A stretch of 64,000 nt of DNA from Macrostomum lignano (lineage: Eukaryota): the NCBI GenBank assembly GCA_002269645.1, contig NIVC01000677.1:1-64000 (forward strand), written 5' to 3'. The notes beneath the pieces were generated by a model. It searched no databases. It was not told the origin of the DNA and saw only the letters and a list, made by a program, of their open reading frames with translations. This document shows positions 35,430-48,290 of the stretch, piece after piece; the first letter of the stretch is position 1; each line of letters starts with the position of its first letter. The position numbers were made by a program, and so were the translations under genes.

Positions 35430-36165
35430 TTACAGTGTATTAATCCCAGAAATGCTGGCACTGACCGCCTGATTCGCTCGCTGTCGCCGCAAGTCCGACT
35501 TGATCACGGCTGGAAGTTGAAAGCGAGTGATTTTTATGCTCTGATATTGCTCACACTACCCATTTTGAGTGCTGCGAAGCCCAGAGCCATTGTTTCTTCT
35601 GTAAAGTGCTCAGAGCCACTACCCCAACCCCAGTGAGCACTCAGATTAGCCACTACCCCGACTCCAGTAAGCACTCAGATCAGCCACTCAACTCACCAGT
35701 CATAACAGAGCCGGCCACTAGCAAGCAGCAAAAAATGATATTGCCGGCCAACGTGCTGACCCGGTCCACCACCATGCGGACCACCATGGTGCAGATGATG
35801 CCCATTAGCTGAAAAAGAAACGCATTGCTCGACAGGCTTAACAGTAGGGAATGCAGAGCCGGAAGAGACAGGGATCCGTATCAATAAACCATGCGCTCTC
35901 AAACCTGTGCGGAAGCGTTGAGAATTCCGGAGGACAGGCCCTCATTCTCCGGATAGGTGATCTCGGCGGCGAATTCAAAGCCTACGGGCAGGTAGCCGGT
36001 CATGAAGAGGCCCAGCAGGAACATGGCGGCGAACACCAGCCACATGCTCGCGAGGGGCAGGGTGGCGGCGAACCCCACCGTGCTCAGGCAGGAGAGGACG
36101 TAGATGGCCAGGGTAGTGCACCTGCGGCGGGAAGGCTGCCATTGCTGCTACTTGCGCGGGATTGG

Positions 36166-36198
<33 letters not shown>

Positions 36199-36241
36199 CT
36201 AAGACAGACAGACAGAAAGACAGACAGACAGACAGACACTA

Positions 36242-36278
<37 letters not shown>

Positions 36279-36281
36279 CTA

Positions 36282-36314
<33 letters not shown>

Positions 36315-36389
36315 CTAAGACAGACAGACAGAAAGACAGACAGACAGACAGACACTAAGACAGACAGACAGACAGACAGACAGACACTA

Positions 36390-36426
<37 letters not shown>

Positions 36427-36501
36427 CTAAGACAGACAGACAGAAAGACAGACAGACAGACACTAAGACAGACAGACAGACACTAAGACAGACAGACAGA
36501 A

Positions 36502-36574
<73 letters not shown>

Positions 36575-36577
36575 CTA

Positions 36578-36621
<44 letters not shown>

Positions 36622-36633
36622 CGACAGACACTA

Positions 36634-36674
<41 letters not shown>

Positions 36675-36781
36675 GGCAGGCAGACAGACAGACAGACCGA
36701 CAGACACTAAGACAGACAGACAGAAAGACAGACAGACAGAAAGACAGACAGACAGAAAGACAGACAGACAGACAGACACTA

Positions 36782-36846
<65 letters not shown>

Positions 36847-36849
36847 CTA

Positions 36850-36944
<95 letters not shown>

Positions 36945-36953
36945 TAGACAGGC

Positions 36954-37030
<77 letters not shown>

Positions 37031-37233
37031 GGCAGACAGACAGACCGACAGACAGACACTAAGACAGACAGACAGACAGACAGACAGACACTAAGACAGA
37101 CAGACAGAAAGACAGACAGACAGAAAGACAGACAGACAGACAGACACTAAGACAGACAGACAGACAGACAGAAAGACAGACAGACAGAAAGACAGACAGA
37201 CAGACAGACACTAAGACAGACAGACAGACACTA

Positions 37234-37326
<93 letters not shown>

Positions 37327-40300
37327 GGCAGACAGACAGACAGGCAGGCAGGCAGACAGACAGACAGACAAACAGACAGGCAGCAGACAGACAGACAGAC
37401 ACACACATAGACAGGCAAATACTATGGCAGAATAGCATACTTGAAAGCCTTAGTCTTGCCGAGCACAATTCCAGCCAGCACGGATCCGAGAATTCCGGCA
37501 GCAATCATAGTGAATCCGGCCCAGCCTACTTGCTGCTCGATGTCAGTAGTCAGTGTAGCATTTACATCAGCTTTCTGAAATGTATGTCAACAAGAAATCA
37601 ACGGAATGCAGATTCAGTGTGGCCGATTACGCTATCAAGAAAATGTCTTCGGTGACGCGTTGGCTTGCTCACCCGCATCTCTGGCACAATAATCGGATTG
37701 AGCAGAGTTGACAAGGCATAGTAGGTGCCGGTGTTGAGACCTGCGCGTTTGTTTGAAGAAAAATAATAATCGGCAATACGGATGCGTCAGCCACACTCGG
37801 TTCGGAATGGATTATTAATCATATATTTCTACATGCATGCATCTGCTTCCAATTTCATGCCAGGCTGGAAAAGTCTGGAAAATCCATTAACTCTATTATT
37901 CTGCACTATTCCCTGGCCGTTGGATCAAACAGTAAAAAGTAAAAGTCCCTGGGGAACTTTTCTGCTAGTTTAAATTTCGTGTTGTATTTCATCAACTCGG
38001 ATCGAAGTGGAGAAGACCAAAGCATACGAAATTAGCTGAAAAGGCATTCGTTTTTTTCACGGTGTTCGACTCAGTTGATTCAAATGGCGAAAATGTAAAC
38101 TTCCTGTCTAGAGAGAGTTTCAGATTGCAACTCTGTCGCATAGCCATGTCACTATTCCTTCCTGTCTGTCCTCAGCATTACTGTCTGTCTGCAGCCTTCC
38201 TGTCCTCAGCATTAATGTCTGTCTGCAGCCTTCCTGTCCTCAGCATTACTGTCTGTCTGCAGCCTTCCTGTCCTCAGCATTACTGTCTGTCTGCAGCCTT
38301 CCTGTCCTCAGCATTACTGTCTGTCTGCAGCCTTCCTGTCCTCAGCATTACTGTCTGTCTGCAGCCTTCCTGTCCTCAGCATTACTGTCTGTCTGCAGCC
38401 TTCCTGTCCTCAGCATTACTGTCTGTCTGCAGCCTTCCTGTCCTCAGCATTACTGTCTGTCTGCAGCCTTCCTGTCCTCAGCATTACTGTCTGTCTGCAG
38501 CCTTCCTGTCCTCAGCATTACTGTCTGTCTGCAGCCTTCCTGTCCTCAGCATTACTGTCTGTCTGCAGCCTTCCTGTCCTCAGCATTACTGTCTGTCTGC
38601 AGCCTTCTTGTCCTCAGCATTACTGTCTGTCTGCAGCCTTCCTGTCCTCAGCAGTACTGTCTGTCTGCAGCCTTCCTGTCCGTCAGCAGCCAGCAACTCA
38701 CCATAGGAGACGGTCAGCAGCACGAATCCCGGATTCGACGCCAGACGCTTCAGCGACCCCGTGTAGGAGCTACCGACGCCGCCGCCGCCTCCGCCTCCGC
38801 CGCTGATGACCCCGCCGCCGCCGATCCGGGCGATGCTGGCAAGGCTGCCGAACGTCTGCGACGCCCGCACGGACGCTGGCGCTACCGGCGGCTGCTCGCC
38901 ATTCAGCAGCACCGCTGCATCCAACCGTCGGGCTATTGTCGGCGGAGTCGGCGGGCCCTCCTTGAACATGGCAACCACGAGGCCGAGCAGCAGGCCGGTG
39001 ACCGCGGCGCCGCCGATGTACATAGCCAGCAACTGGCCGCCCATGTCTTCGACGGTGCCGCGGGACACGAACAGCGGCGGCACAACAAAGCCGACTGCCA
39101 CGCCCAGCTGGTTGCCGAAGACGCCTAGCGCGGTGGCCGTTGGCAGCTCGTCGAGGCCGAACCAGGCGGCCGCCAGCGGGGCCGGCATGCCCAGGATGAA
39201 GTTCTGCGCGATGGCGCACAGAATCTGGGCGTGAGGGGGAGGGCATTTAGGAACGGGCATTAAGAAGCAAACTTTGAAATACACTGTCGAGATGGGCAGA
39301 TGAAAGAACTTACATATGTAAACTGCATTCAATAACTTTACTAACCATTCTCGGGAAATCTTGGGTCAAATGGCAGATATCAATGACTGCTAGACCATTA
39401 TCTGAGAGCGACAAAGCCTGGCTAGAAAATTCTGATCGCGGTCGTATTCTAGAGTTCCAGCTCGTATTCTAGAGTTCCAGCTCGTATTCTAGAGTTCCAG
39501 CTCGTATTCTACAGCTCGTATTCTAGAGTTCCAGCTCGTATTCTACAGCTCGTATTCTTGAGTTCCAGCTCGTATTCTAGAGTTCCATCTCGTATTCTAG
39601 AGTTCCATCTCGTATTCTAGAGTTCCAGCTCGTATTCTAGAGTTCCATCTCGTATTCTAGAGTTCCAGCTCGTATTCTAGAGTTCCAGCTCGTATTCTAG
39701 AGTTCCAGCTCGTATTCTAGAGTTCCAGCTCGTATTCTAGAGTTCCATCTCGTATTCTAGAGTTCCAGCTCGTATTCTAGAGTTCCAGCTCGTATTCTAG
39801 AGTTCCAGCTCGTATTCTAGAGTTCCAGCTCGTATTCTAGAGTTCCAGCTCGTATTCTAGAGTTCCAGCTCGTATTCTAGAGTTCCAGCTCGTATTCTAG
39901 AGTTCCAGCTCGTATTCTAGAGTTCCAGCTCGTATTCTAGAGTTCCAGCTCGTATTCTAGAGTTCCAGCTCGTATTCTAGAGTTCCAGCTCGTATTCTAG
40001 AGTTCCAGCTCGTATTCTAGAGTTCCAGCTCGTATTCTAGAGTTCCAGCTCGTATTCTAGAGTTCCAGCTCGTATTCTAGAGTTCCAGCTCGTATTCTAG
40101 AGTTCCAGCTCGTATTCTAGAGTTCCAGCTCGTATTCTAGAGTTCCAGCTCGTATTCTAGAGTTCCAGCTCGTATTCTAGAGTTCCAGCTCGTATTCTAG
40201 AGTTCCAGCTCGTATTCTAGAGTTCCAGCTCGTATTCTAGAGTTCCAGCTCGTATTCTAGAGTTCCAGCTCGTATTCTAGAGTTCCAGCTCGTATTCTAG

Positions 40301-42082
40301 AGTTCCAGCTCGTATTCTAGAGTTCCAGCTCGTATTCTAGAGTTCCAGCTCGTATTCTAGAGTTCCAGCTCGTATTCTAGAGTTCCAGCTCGTATTCTAG
40401 AGTTCCAGCTCGTATTCTAGAGTTCCAGCTCGTATTCTAGAGTTCCAGCTCGTATTCTAGAGTTCCAGCTCGTATTCTAGAGTTCCAGCTCGTATTCTAG
40501 AGTTCCAGCTCGTATTCTAGAGTTCCAGCTCGTATTCTAGAGTTCCAGCTCGTATTCTAGAGTTCCAGCTCGTATTCTAGAGTTCCAGCTCGTATTCTAG
40601 AGTTCCAGCTCGTATTCTAGAGTTCCAGCTCGTATTCTAGAGTTCCAGCTCGTATTCTAGAGTTCCAGCTCGTATTCTAGAGTTCCAGCTCGTATTCTAG
40701 AGTTCCAGCTATATACTTACCTGCCTCGTGTCATGCAAAATCATTCATTTTTTGTTGAGATTCGGGAAAAGTACAATGTCCAGTTTTACTTCAGCGGTCC
40801 TTTTTACAACTTTTTAAAACGAGGCCAAATCAATTAAGAACTCCTGATGTTCTACGAGCTAAAATTCATATTTCCGAGCACAAGATCGATGGCCTTGAAA
40901 AAATTCGTCAAGATAACTTCCTGTATTGCATGCACCACACGGTGCAACATTAGCAGCGACCAGGCACCGTAAAAGGCAGGCCTAGTGTTCTATAAATAGA
41001 TCACCGATGTAAAGGAAAAGGCGCACCCACAGATGCAGATTGGAAACATGAAAAGGACTCAATGCCCGCCTGCACAACCGGTCAGACTTTTTCCACTAAA
41101 GAAAAGTATGATTGTGTAGAAATTCAGACAGAAAGCAAAGAACAGCTCGTCAAAGACTCCATCAGTGCTCTCACCTGATGCAAGAACAACTCAACACAAA
41201 AACTCCATCAGTGATCTCACCTGGCTCAAGAACAACCCAACAAAGACTCCATCAGTGCTCTCACCTGGCTCAAGAACAACCCAACAAAGACTCCATCAGT
41301 GCTCTCACCTGGCTCAAGAACAACCCAACAAAGACTCCATCAGTGCTCTCACCTGGCTCAAGAACAACCCAACAAAGACTCCATCAGTGCTCTCACCTGG
41401 CTCAAGAACAACCCAACAAAGACTCCATCAGTGATCTCACCTGGCTCAAGAACAAGCAACAAAGACTCCATCAGTGCTCTCACCTGGCTCAAGAACAACC
41501 CAACAAAGACTCCATCAGTGCTCTCACCTGGCCCAAGAACAGCAGCCAGAAGCGGTCTGGCGCGGCAGCGAAGCACTTGACGAGAGCGCCAGCAAAGTTG
41601 AGCGCGGTCGCGCAGATCGCCGACACTCGCAGCCCGAATCGCTGCAGCAGCCAGGCGGCCGGCAGGATGAAGACCACATAGGCCAGCATGTAGATCATGG
41701 ACAGCCAGTCGATGGCCAGATTGGCCTCAGTGGAATCGGCCGGCAGAGATTCGTTATAATAGGACAGCACAACGTCAAACACGATGTTGAGGTGAATCCA
41801 CTGGTAGGCGCTGGACATTGAGTAGCTGCTGAACAGCAGCAGCACCAGCCAGCGCCGACGGTACAGGTGCGCCGCCGCCGCGCCGCCTCCGTTCTGGCCG
41901 GACTTCCTGACTGCCGACGACGACGCCTCGTCAACGTTGTCGTCTTCATCATCGTCGTCGACAAGCAGATTGTCGCCGCTGCTGCCACCGTTAGCTAACG
42001 GAAGCAGTTGGCTTTCGTCCCGGCGGTGCGGCTCATTGCTGCTTCTGCTGCTGCTGTTGTTGGCTTCGTCTGTCGAACTCAT
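35430..42082 (-). CDS. FLVCR: FLVCR-family MFS transporter (heme/choline/ethanolamine type), 7 exons, 562 aa
   Basis: Exons 41528-42082, 38702-39224, 37673-37740, 37441-37574, 35905-36121, 35697-35808 and 35430-35509 are phase-consistent GT-AG. Motifs: [89 protein letters not shown]. Confidence 0.95.
36165..37410. repeat. (GACA)n microsatellite with periodic CTAA interruptions
   Basis: Fills an FLVCR intron; the LSVC ORFs are artefacts. Confidence 0.97.
38160..38690. repeat. 34-bp intronic minisatellite (CAGCATTACTGTCTGTCTGCAGCCTTCCTGTCCT)
   Basis: About 15 tandem copies abutting the FLVCR exon 2 donor. Confidence 0.95.
39450..40710. repeat. 20-bp highly homogeneous minisatellite (AGTTCCAGCTCGTATTCTAG)
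   Basis: About 60 copies, essentially invariant after ~39750; lies in FLVCR intron 1. Confidence 0.97.
41150..41540. repeat. 44-bp tandem repeat spanning the FLVCR exon 1 splice donor
   Basis: The minus-strand unit is TTCTTGAGCCAG|GTGAGAGCACTGATGGAGTCTTTGTTGGGTTG, about 9 copies. Confidence 0.93.
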
Positions 42083-43199
42083 CGTTGGCCGAGCGGTCAC
42101 TGCACCGCATCAAGGCAAAGAAATTAACCTGCACCAAATCTTATGACAATAGTATACAGTTTGAAACGAGCGTACACTATAAATATAATGCTTAGTATAT
42201 TAGTACGAAGTAGCTATCCATCATTATCTTTGTTAAAGAGCGCGAGATGCAGAGAACAGTTTAAAAAAATTATACAATAGGCCATTGTACTAGAAGCATT
42301 TCACTCAACGCCTATAGAAGAAGAGAAGTATTCGAATAGTATATACCTGATGGGTGATGGTGATGATGAGGTGCTATAGTTAAAACAACAAAGCAACGGT
42401 CTGTGTACAATAGAAAGAGCACACATACACACAACAGGCAGTACACAGAGGCTTACAGTGCAGCAGGCCGCGCTCAAGACCGGAAATAACTGGAGGAGAA
42501 TCGCTAGATATGCATGCCAAGCTGGAAAGTGCGCCAGTATTTAAATAGAGATGAAGAATGGGGGAGGAGGTTGGACCAGCTTCGCCCCCAATAGCGGCAG
42601 AGAGAAGTGGAGACAGATAAATAGAGGGCGAGGGCAGCGGCAATGTACTCGGGAGTACTTCAGCCTTCCCCGCCAGTTCTTCCAGAGCAGCATTTGCATA
42701 TACTATAAACTGTTCACTATAGCGCTGCCTCCCCACCCTGGCATCCAGGCCTTTCCGCAGGGGACGCTGCGAATACTGCAGTAGATTAAAATAATGCAGT
42801 GATAGAAAAGCAATTAATGACTGGCCTGAACTTTATAAATAAATTCTTACTGATAATCTTTTCGGTTGAGTTTCTTTCAGTTCGTAGGAATTTAGAAAAT
42901 CGAGAAAAATAGACCAATCAAAATATTCGCAGAAGGGCTGTGGTGCACCCTGGTGCCCATTCCACTGACGGACACATTTTTGCGTCAATTCTGTACGCAC
43001 ACATACACACGCTCACACGGTGATCAGCGGCGGACAACCCCCCCCCCCGCAGATTTTGCACACAAGCCCAAATGGTCACACACGGAATCAAACCAAGAGT
43101 CTGACGCGTTTACCACTGAGCTGCTCAGCCCTCAAACTTTGCATAACTGGCGCAGTCATTTTTCGTGAAGATTTCCTTCATTCATGACATTCGTGAAAA

Positions 43200-44170
43200 G
43201 TAACAGCCAGTGAGGCAGCTAGTAACAGCCAGTGAGTGAGGCAGCTAGTAACAGCCAGTGAGTGAGGCAGCTAGTAACAGCCAGTGAGTGAGGCAGCTAG
43301 TAACAGCCAGTGAGTGAGGCAGCTAGTAACAGCCAGTGAGTGAGGCAGCTAGTAACAGCCAGTGAGTGAGGCAGCTAGTAACAGCCAGTGAGTGAGGCAG
43401 CTAGTAACAGCCAGTGAGTGAGGCAGCTAGTAACAGCCAGTGAGTGAGGCAGCTAGTAACAGCCAGTGAGTGAGGCAGCTAGTAACAGCCAGTGAGTGAG
43501 GCAGCTAGTAACAGCCAGTGAGTGAGGCAGCTAGTAACAGCCAGTGAGTGAGGCAGCTAGTAACAGCCAGTGAGTGAGGCAGCTAGTAACAGCCAGTGAG
43601 TGAGGCAGCTAGTAACAGCCAGTGAGTGAGGCAGCTAGTAACAGCCAGTGAGTGAGGCAGCTAGTAACAGCCAGTGAGTCAGGCAGCTAGTAACAGCCAG
43701 TGAGGCAGCTAGTAACAGCCAGTGAGTGAGGCAGCTAGTAACAGCCAGTGAGTGAGGCAGCTAGTAACAGCCAGTGAGGCAGCTAGTAACAGCCAGTGAG
43801 TGAGGCAGCCAGTAACAGCCAGTGAGTGAGGCAGCTAGTAACAGCCAGTGAGTGAGGCAGCTAGTAACAGCCAGTGAGTGAGGCAGCTAGTAACAGCCAG
43901 TGAGTGAGGCAGCTAGTAACAGCCAGTGAGGCAGCTAGTAACAGCCAGTGAGTGAGGCAGCCAGTAACAGCCAGTGAGTGAGGCAGCTAGTAACAGCCAG
44001 TGAGTGAGGCAGCTAGTAACAGCCAGTGAGTGAGGCAGCTAGTAACAGCCAGTGAGTGAGGCAGCTAGTAACAGCCAGTGAGGCAGCTAGTAACAGCCAG
44101 TGAATGAGGCAGCCAGTAACAGCCAGTGAGTGAGGCAGCTAGTAACAGCCAGTGAGGCAGCTAGTAACAG
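43200..44170. repeat. 26/22-bp minisatellite (GTGAGGCAGCTAGTAACAGCCAGTGA)
   Basis: Tandem units. Confidence 0.96.
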
Positions 44171-45004
44171 CTAGCGGTAGCAGGAAGAAGTAAGCAGTGA
44201 CAAAGGCGTCGGAAAAAATAGCTAAATAAATTAATAACGACTGAAGACTACGTTGACATAAAATGTAATTTCTGAAACGCCAAGAAACAAATCAGTATTG
44301 AAGATTCGAGCGCATGACTCAATTTAAATAGGCTTTATTATTCCACATTCTAGTGCAGCAGACGAATGAGTAGTATGTATGGCGCAAAAAAAATCCTGAA
44401 GCTGCTAGAATGTAACAGACTTCAGTAGAGTGAGCAAAAATTATTGTTTTCTGTATCTTTTTGAGCAACTCCCACGGACCGGTAGTTATACTGTAAAAAC
44501 GTAATTACAAATTTCAACAGACTTATTGTAGGCAATCAATTAGCAAACTCTGGTTAAGTAAAAAATTCCGTAATGTCGTAAAAAATGGCTACACTACTTA
44601 CAGTAGCCAAAATACGAGTATATCTGCGTGAAAGCACTGGAAAATTGGAAGATCAGCAATCAAACAAAATATGTTAAAATGTAGCACAAATGTAGTAGAA
44701 TTGGCTGGCGTTGTGACCAAGCTGTACAAGGTGGGAGGTAATATTCTCTGCAGATATGCGGCCACCAACAAATAATACGGTTTATCTAATCAACAAATTT
44801 ATGCTCAAGAATTAATAGACTAAGCATGCAGCCATGCTGTTATTAAACACTATTGGCGTCCACATTTCACAACTGCGTGTATTCAATAAAAATTGCGGCA
44901 CAAAAATAACAAAGGACTGTTGCCTTGGATACTGGCAGCTGATTGACACTGCGGAGCTCTCAGATACGTACTCCTTGTAGCTGATTGAACTAATATGTAT
45001 ACAG

Positions 45005-45056
<52 letters not shown>

Positions 45057-45093
45057 TAGACAGACAGGCAGACAGACAGACCGACAGACACTA

Positions 45094-45126
<33 letters not shown>

Positions 45127-45165
45127 CACAGACAGACAGACAGACACACAGACAGACAGACAGGC

Positions 45166-45198
<33 letters not shown>

Positions 45199-45358
45199 CA
45201 CAGACAGACAGACAGGCAGACAGACAGACAGGCAGACAGACAGACAGACACACAGACACTAAGACAGACAGACAGACAGACACTAAGACAGACAGACAGA
45301 CACACAGACAGACAGACAGACAGACACACAGACACACAGACAGACAGACAGACACACA
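45005..45358. repeat. (GACA)n microsatellite
   Basis: Same CTAA-interrupted pattern as 36165-37410. Confidence 0.95.
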
Positions 45359-45504
45359 GGTATTTCAGCGCCTGCTTCAAGCCTCGGATCGCCGTGTTCC
45401 TAAATTAGCAATCTAGAGTTGGCATTTCGAGCCCCAGCAGAGCAGGCAGTCAGCCAAATCCGAGATAGGCGCGATCAAAAACAGCAAAACAAAGGAAAGT
45501 AAAA

Positions 45505-47732
45505 TCAGGCCGAGTCGCCAAGCAGCGCCGTGATGCCCTGGCAGCAGCCGATAGCCTGCATCGCCCGCACCAGCTGCTGACAGTGCAGCGGCTGCAGCAG
45601 CTGCAGTCCCTCATACAGTAGGCCTGCCGCGGGTTGCCCCCTGGCCTGGCCGCGTTCTAGCAGCTGACGCAGCTCGCCAGGCAGCATCTCCAGCAGCAGC
45701 AGCAGCGGCTCGAAGACCGCCTGAACAGCCGGGCAGCAGCAGAGCCGGCCGAGCTGCTCCGGTGTGACCAGCTTGTCTGGCGAGATGGACAGCTTGGCCA
45801 GATTGACGGCCGTCATGGAGGCCGGGCCCAAGTCGGTGGAGGAGAACTCGGGCTCCGCAGGCTCCGGGACAGGGACAATTGAGTCCGTCTCGGTTGTCTC
45901 AAGCTCCATCTTAAGCAGCTGACTGACGGATTCCCCGGGCAGGCAGCCGTTCCAGGCTTCGATTGCCCGATCGAACGGCGGCCGATCTGTCACCACGTAT
46001 TGGGCGACATTCGCCCAGCTGGACGCTTGAGTTGCCGCCGGCCAGCGAGCTCGGATTCGGTTGCTAAGCAGGCTGGTCAACTGTTTGGAGCTGAGCTGTC
46101 TGCGCGGACAGGCCAGAGTGAAGACTTCGAAGCAAGACAGCCCGTAGGCGAGTCGATCCTGATCCAAGCAGGCCGGCTGCGGTCCAATTACGCCTGAGTC
46201 AAAGCCGCCAATCTAGTAGGGGCAAATAGGTAAACGGCGGGAGTAATTATGAACGAGTTGCCTCGTCAGCTAATAAGTTGCTTATTGATCTTGTTTATTG
46301 AATAAAAAGGGATCAACTATGACCAAATTGCCTAAGCTTCCACCTCATTGTCTTGTAAGTTTTATCAGTTTATCTAACAAGCAGTTAACTATTCTTCACT
46401 TAGCAGAAATTCTCACGCCTTCTCACCTTGGCCTGCAGACTGGCTGTTATTAAAATGTTTCTGGAACTAAAACTGCCGTGACAAATTGGCGGCTTCTCAA
46501 CGCTGTGCAGGTGATGAAAGCCTTCGGCAATTTGGCGCAGCCAGAGCGACAGCAGAAGCGGACTCACCGGCTGGCGCTGCGAAATGGGAACAAGTTTGAT
46601 TGAGCAATACTGGCCACGAAACAGATAATAAAACCCATCTTAGATTAAAGGTAAAGCATTTTATATAAAATTTGAAATCTCGATTAGGGATTTGACATCC
46701 CGATTAAGGATTTGACATCCCGATTAAGGATTTGACATCCCGATTAAGGATTTCACATCCCGATTAAGGATTTGACATCCCGATTGAGGATTTCACATCC
46801 CGATTGAGGATTCGACCTACCGATTGAGGATTTGACATTTCGATTGGGGGAGGGGGTTGACATCCCGATTGGGGATTTGACATCTCTATTGGGGATTTGA
46901 CATCCCGATGGAGGATTCGACATCCCGATGGGGATTTGACATCTCGATTGGGGAATTGACATCTCGATTGGGGAATTGACATCTCGATTGGGGAATTGAC
47001 ATCTCGATTGGGGAATTGACATCTCGGTTGGGGAATTGACATCTCGATTGAGGAATTGACATCTCGATTGAGGATTTGACGATGGGGGATTTGAAATCCC
47101 CATTGAGGATTTGACATTTCTATTTTGGATTTGACAACGCGATCTCAGGTTTTCGGTGCCACAATCTAAAAGCTCACAATTGTACTGTTTAAAAGTACAC
47201 TCACCCGATCTGACTGAGCCAGGCTGAACTCCAAAACATTGCCATGCTCACAGTGCTCCATCACAATGCCCATCAACATGACATTTTGCTCCATATAAAA
47301 AGCCACTGAGCTGAGGAGTGCTGAGTGGTTTGCTTTAATTTTTTTCAATATATTAAACTGATTACTTATCAGCTTAGTGGCCGTTGTGCTGCAATGTTAG
47401 CAAATTGGTTTTTTATTAGAAACAAAGAATCTGAAAAGTGGAAAAATCATAAAGCTGACAGAGTCTGAGCAAGTGTCATACATCTGTACGCTTGTAGAAC
47501 TAGATGTAGGCTTCATTTTCTTCAAAAAGTAGCGCTGATCAGTGGAGTCTTCCTTCCATTTGCAGCAAGCATATGAGAAGTAGCCGCTATCTGAAATGTG
47601 TAAAAAATATAAAGTTAAAATCAACAGATACATAGATAGACAGGTAATTCTAAAAGAAAAAGGCATACCAATAGGTGCAGCCTCTAGGTCACGAAGGTTA
47701 TCTTGATTGACAGTAATTTTACTTGATAGCAT
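45505..47732 (-). CDS. Pseudokinase (TKL/RIPK-like) with a putative C-terminal death domain, 5 exons, 404 aa
   Basis: Exons 47669-47732, 47482-47590, 47205-47388, 46427-46576 and 45505-46212 are phase-consistent and total 1215 nt. Subdomains read IDSGYFS, YFLKK, IVMEHCEHGNV, LRQIAEGFHHLHSVEKPPICHGSFSSRNILI, AKIGGFD, DRLAYGLSCFEVFT. The helical tail is FEPLLLLLEMLPGELRQL...GLLYEG...QQLVRAMQAIG. Confidence 0.8.
46685..47125. repeat. ~20-bp intronic minisatellite (GATTTGACATCCCGATTAAG / GAATTGACATCTCGATTGGG)
   Basis: Fills pseudokinase intron 3. Confidence 0.93.
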
Positions 47733-47981
47733 GATTCATAAATTTAAAGAGATGGTGCATCAGTATAGAAACAATTAATTTAATCAATTTATTAGTTTAA
47801 ATTCAGTTATTGGTTTATTTTTTCATTTTAAATATTTATCCCCTGTTACTAGCAATTTGTAAATTAGCATAATAGTAGTACCTGGTACTCGTACAATAGT
47901 GCAATGGTTTTATTCCTTGCCTTAGTGGCACTTATTGAACAGGTAGCATTGAACTATGACAACTATTTTGCGCATGCTTGG

Positions 47982-48137
47982 GCGCAACCTTGGGATTCAC
48001 TCGGCCGTTTCTATTGGCAACACACGCATGTAAGTCGCTATTGGACGGAAAAGTAGTCACGTGACTGGTATCAGCCAATAGCGACTTACATGTGTGTGTT
48101 GCCAATAGAAACGGCCGGGTGATTCCCAAAGTTGCGC
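47982..48137. mobile_element. Hairpin MITE (about 63-bp arms around an AGTCACGTGACT core)
   Basis: GCGCAACCTTGGGATTCACTCGGCCGTTTCTATTGGCAACACAC...CTATTGG is inverted as CCAATAG...GTTGCGC; a decayed second copy lies at ~49333-49453. Confidence 0.8.
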
Positions 48138-48290
48138 ATGCATGATTTTGCGGAATAACTGTATCGCTTTTAATGTACAATCGCTCTCTATGTACATCGT
48201 TGACTCAGTCCTAACTCGCATAAATAAAGCGAGCACTGCCTCACGGGGCCTATGCTGATTTTTGCACTGCCAAATAGCAAGTGTTACAAG

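Noticed and set aside
39450-40710. CRISPR-like regular repeats (also 41150-41540 and 61890-64000)
   Set aside because: Head-to-tail tandem units with no unique spacers, no cas genes and a eukaryotic intronic context.
43075-43130. Possible decayed SINE head
   Set aside because: Too short and degenerate to support.
9780-47732. NFKBIL1 + RIPK-like + sHSP + FLVCR as a co-regulated stress/immunity cluster
   Set aside because: The genes are separated by tens of kb and unrelated loci, with no shared regulatory evidence; NFKBIL1 is not a canonical NF-kB pathway member.
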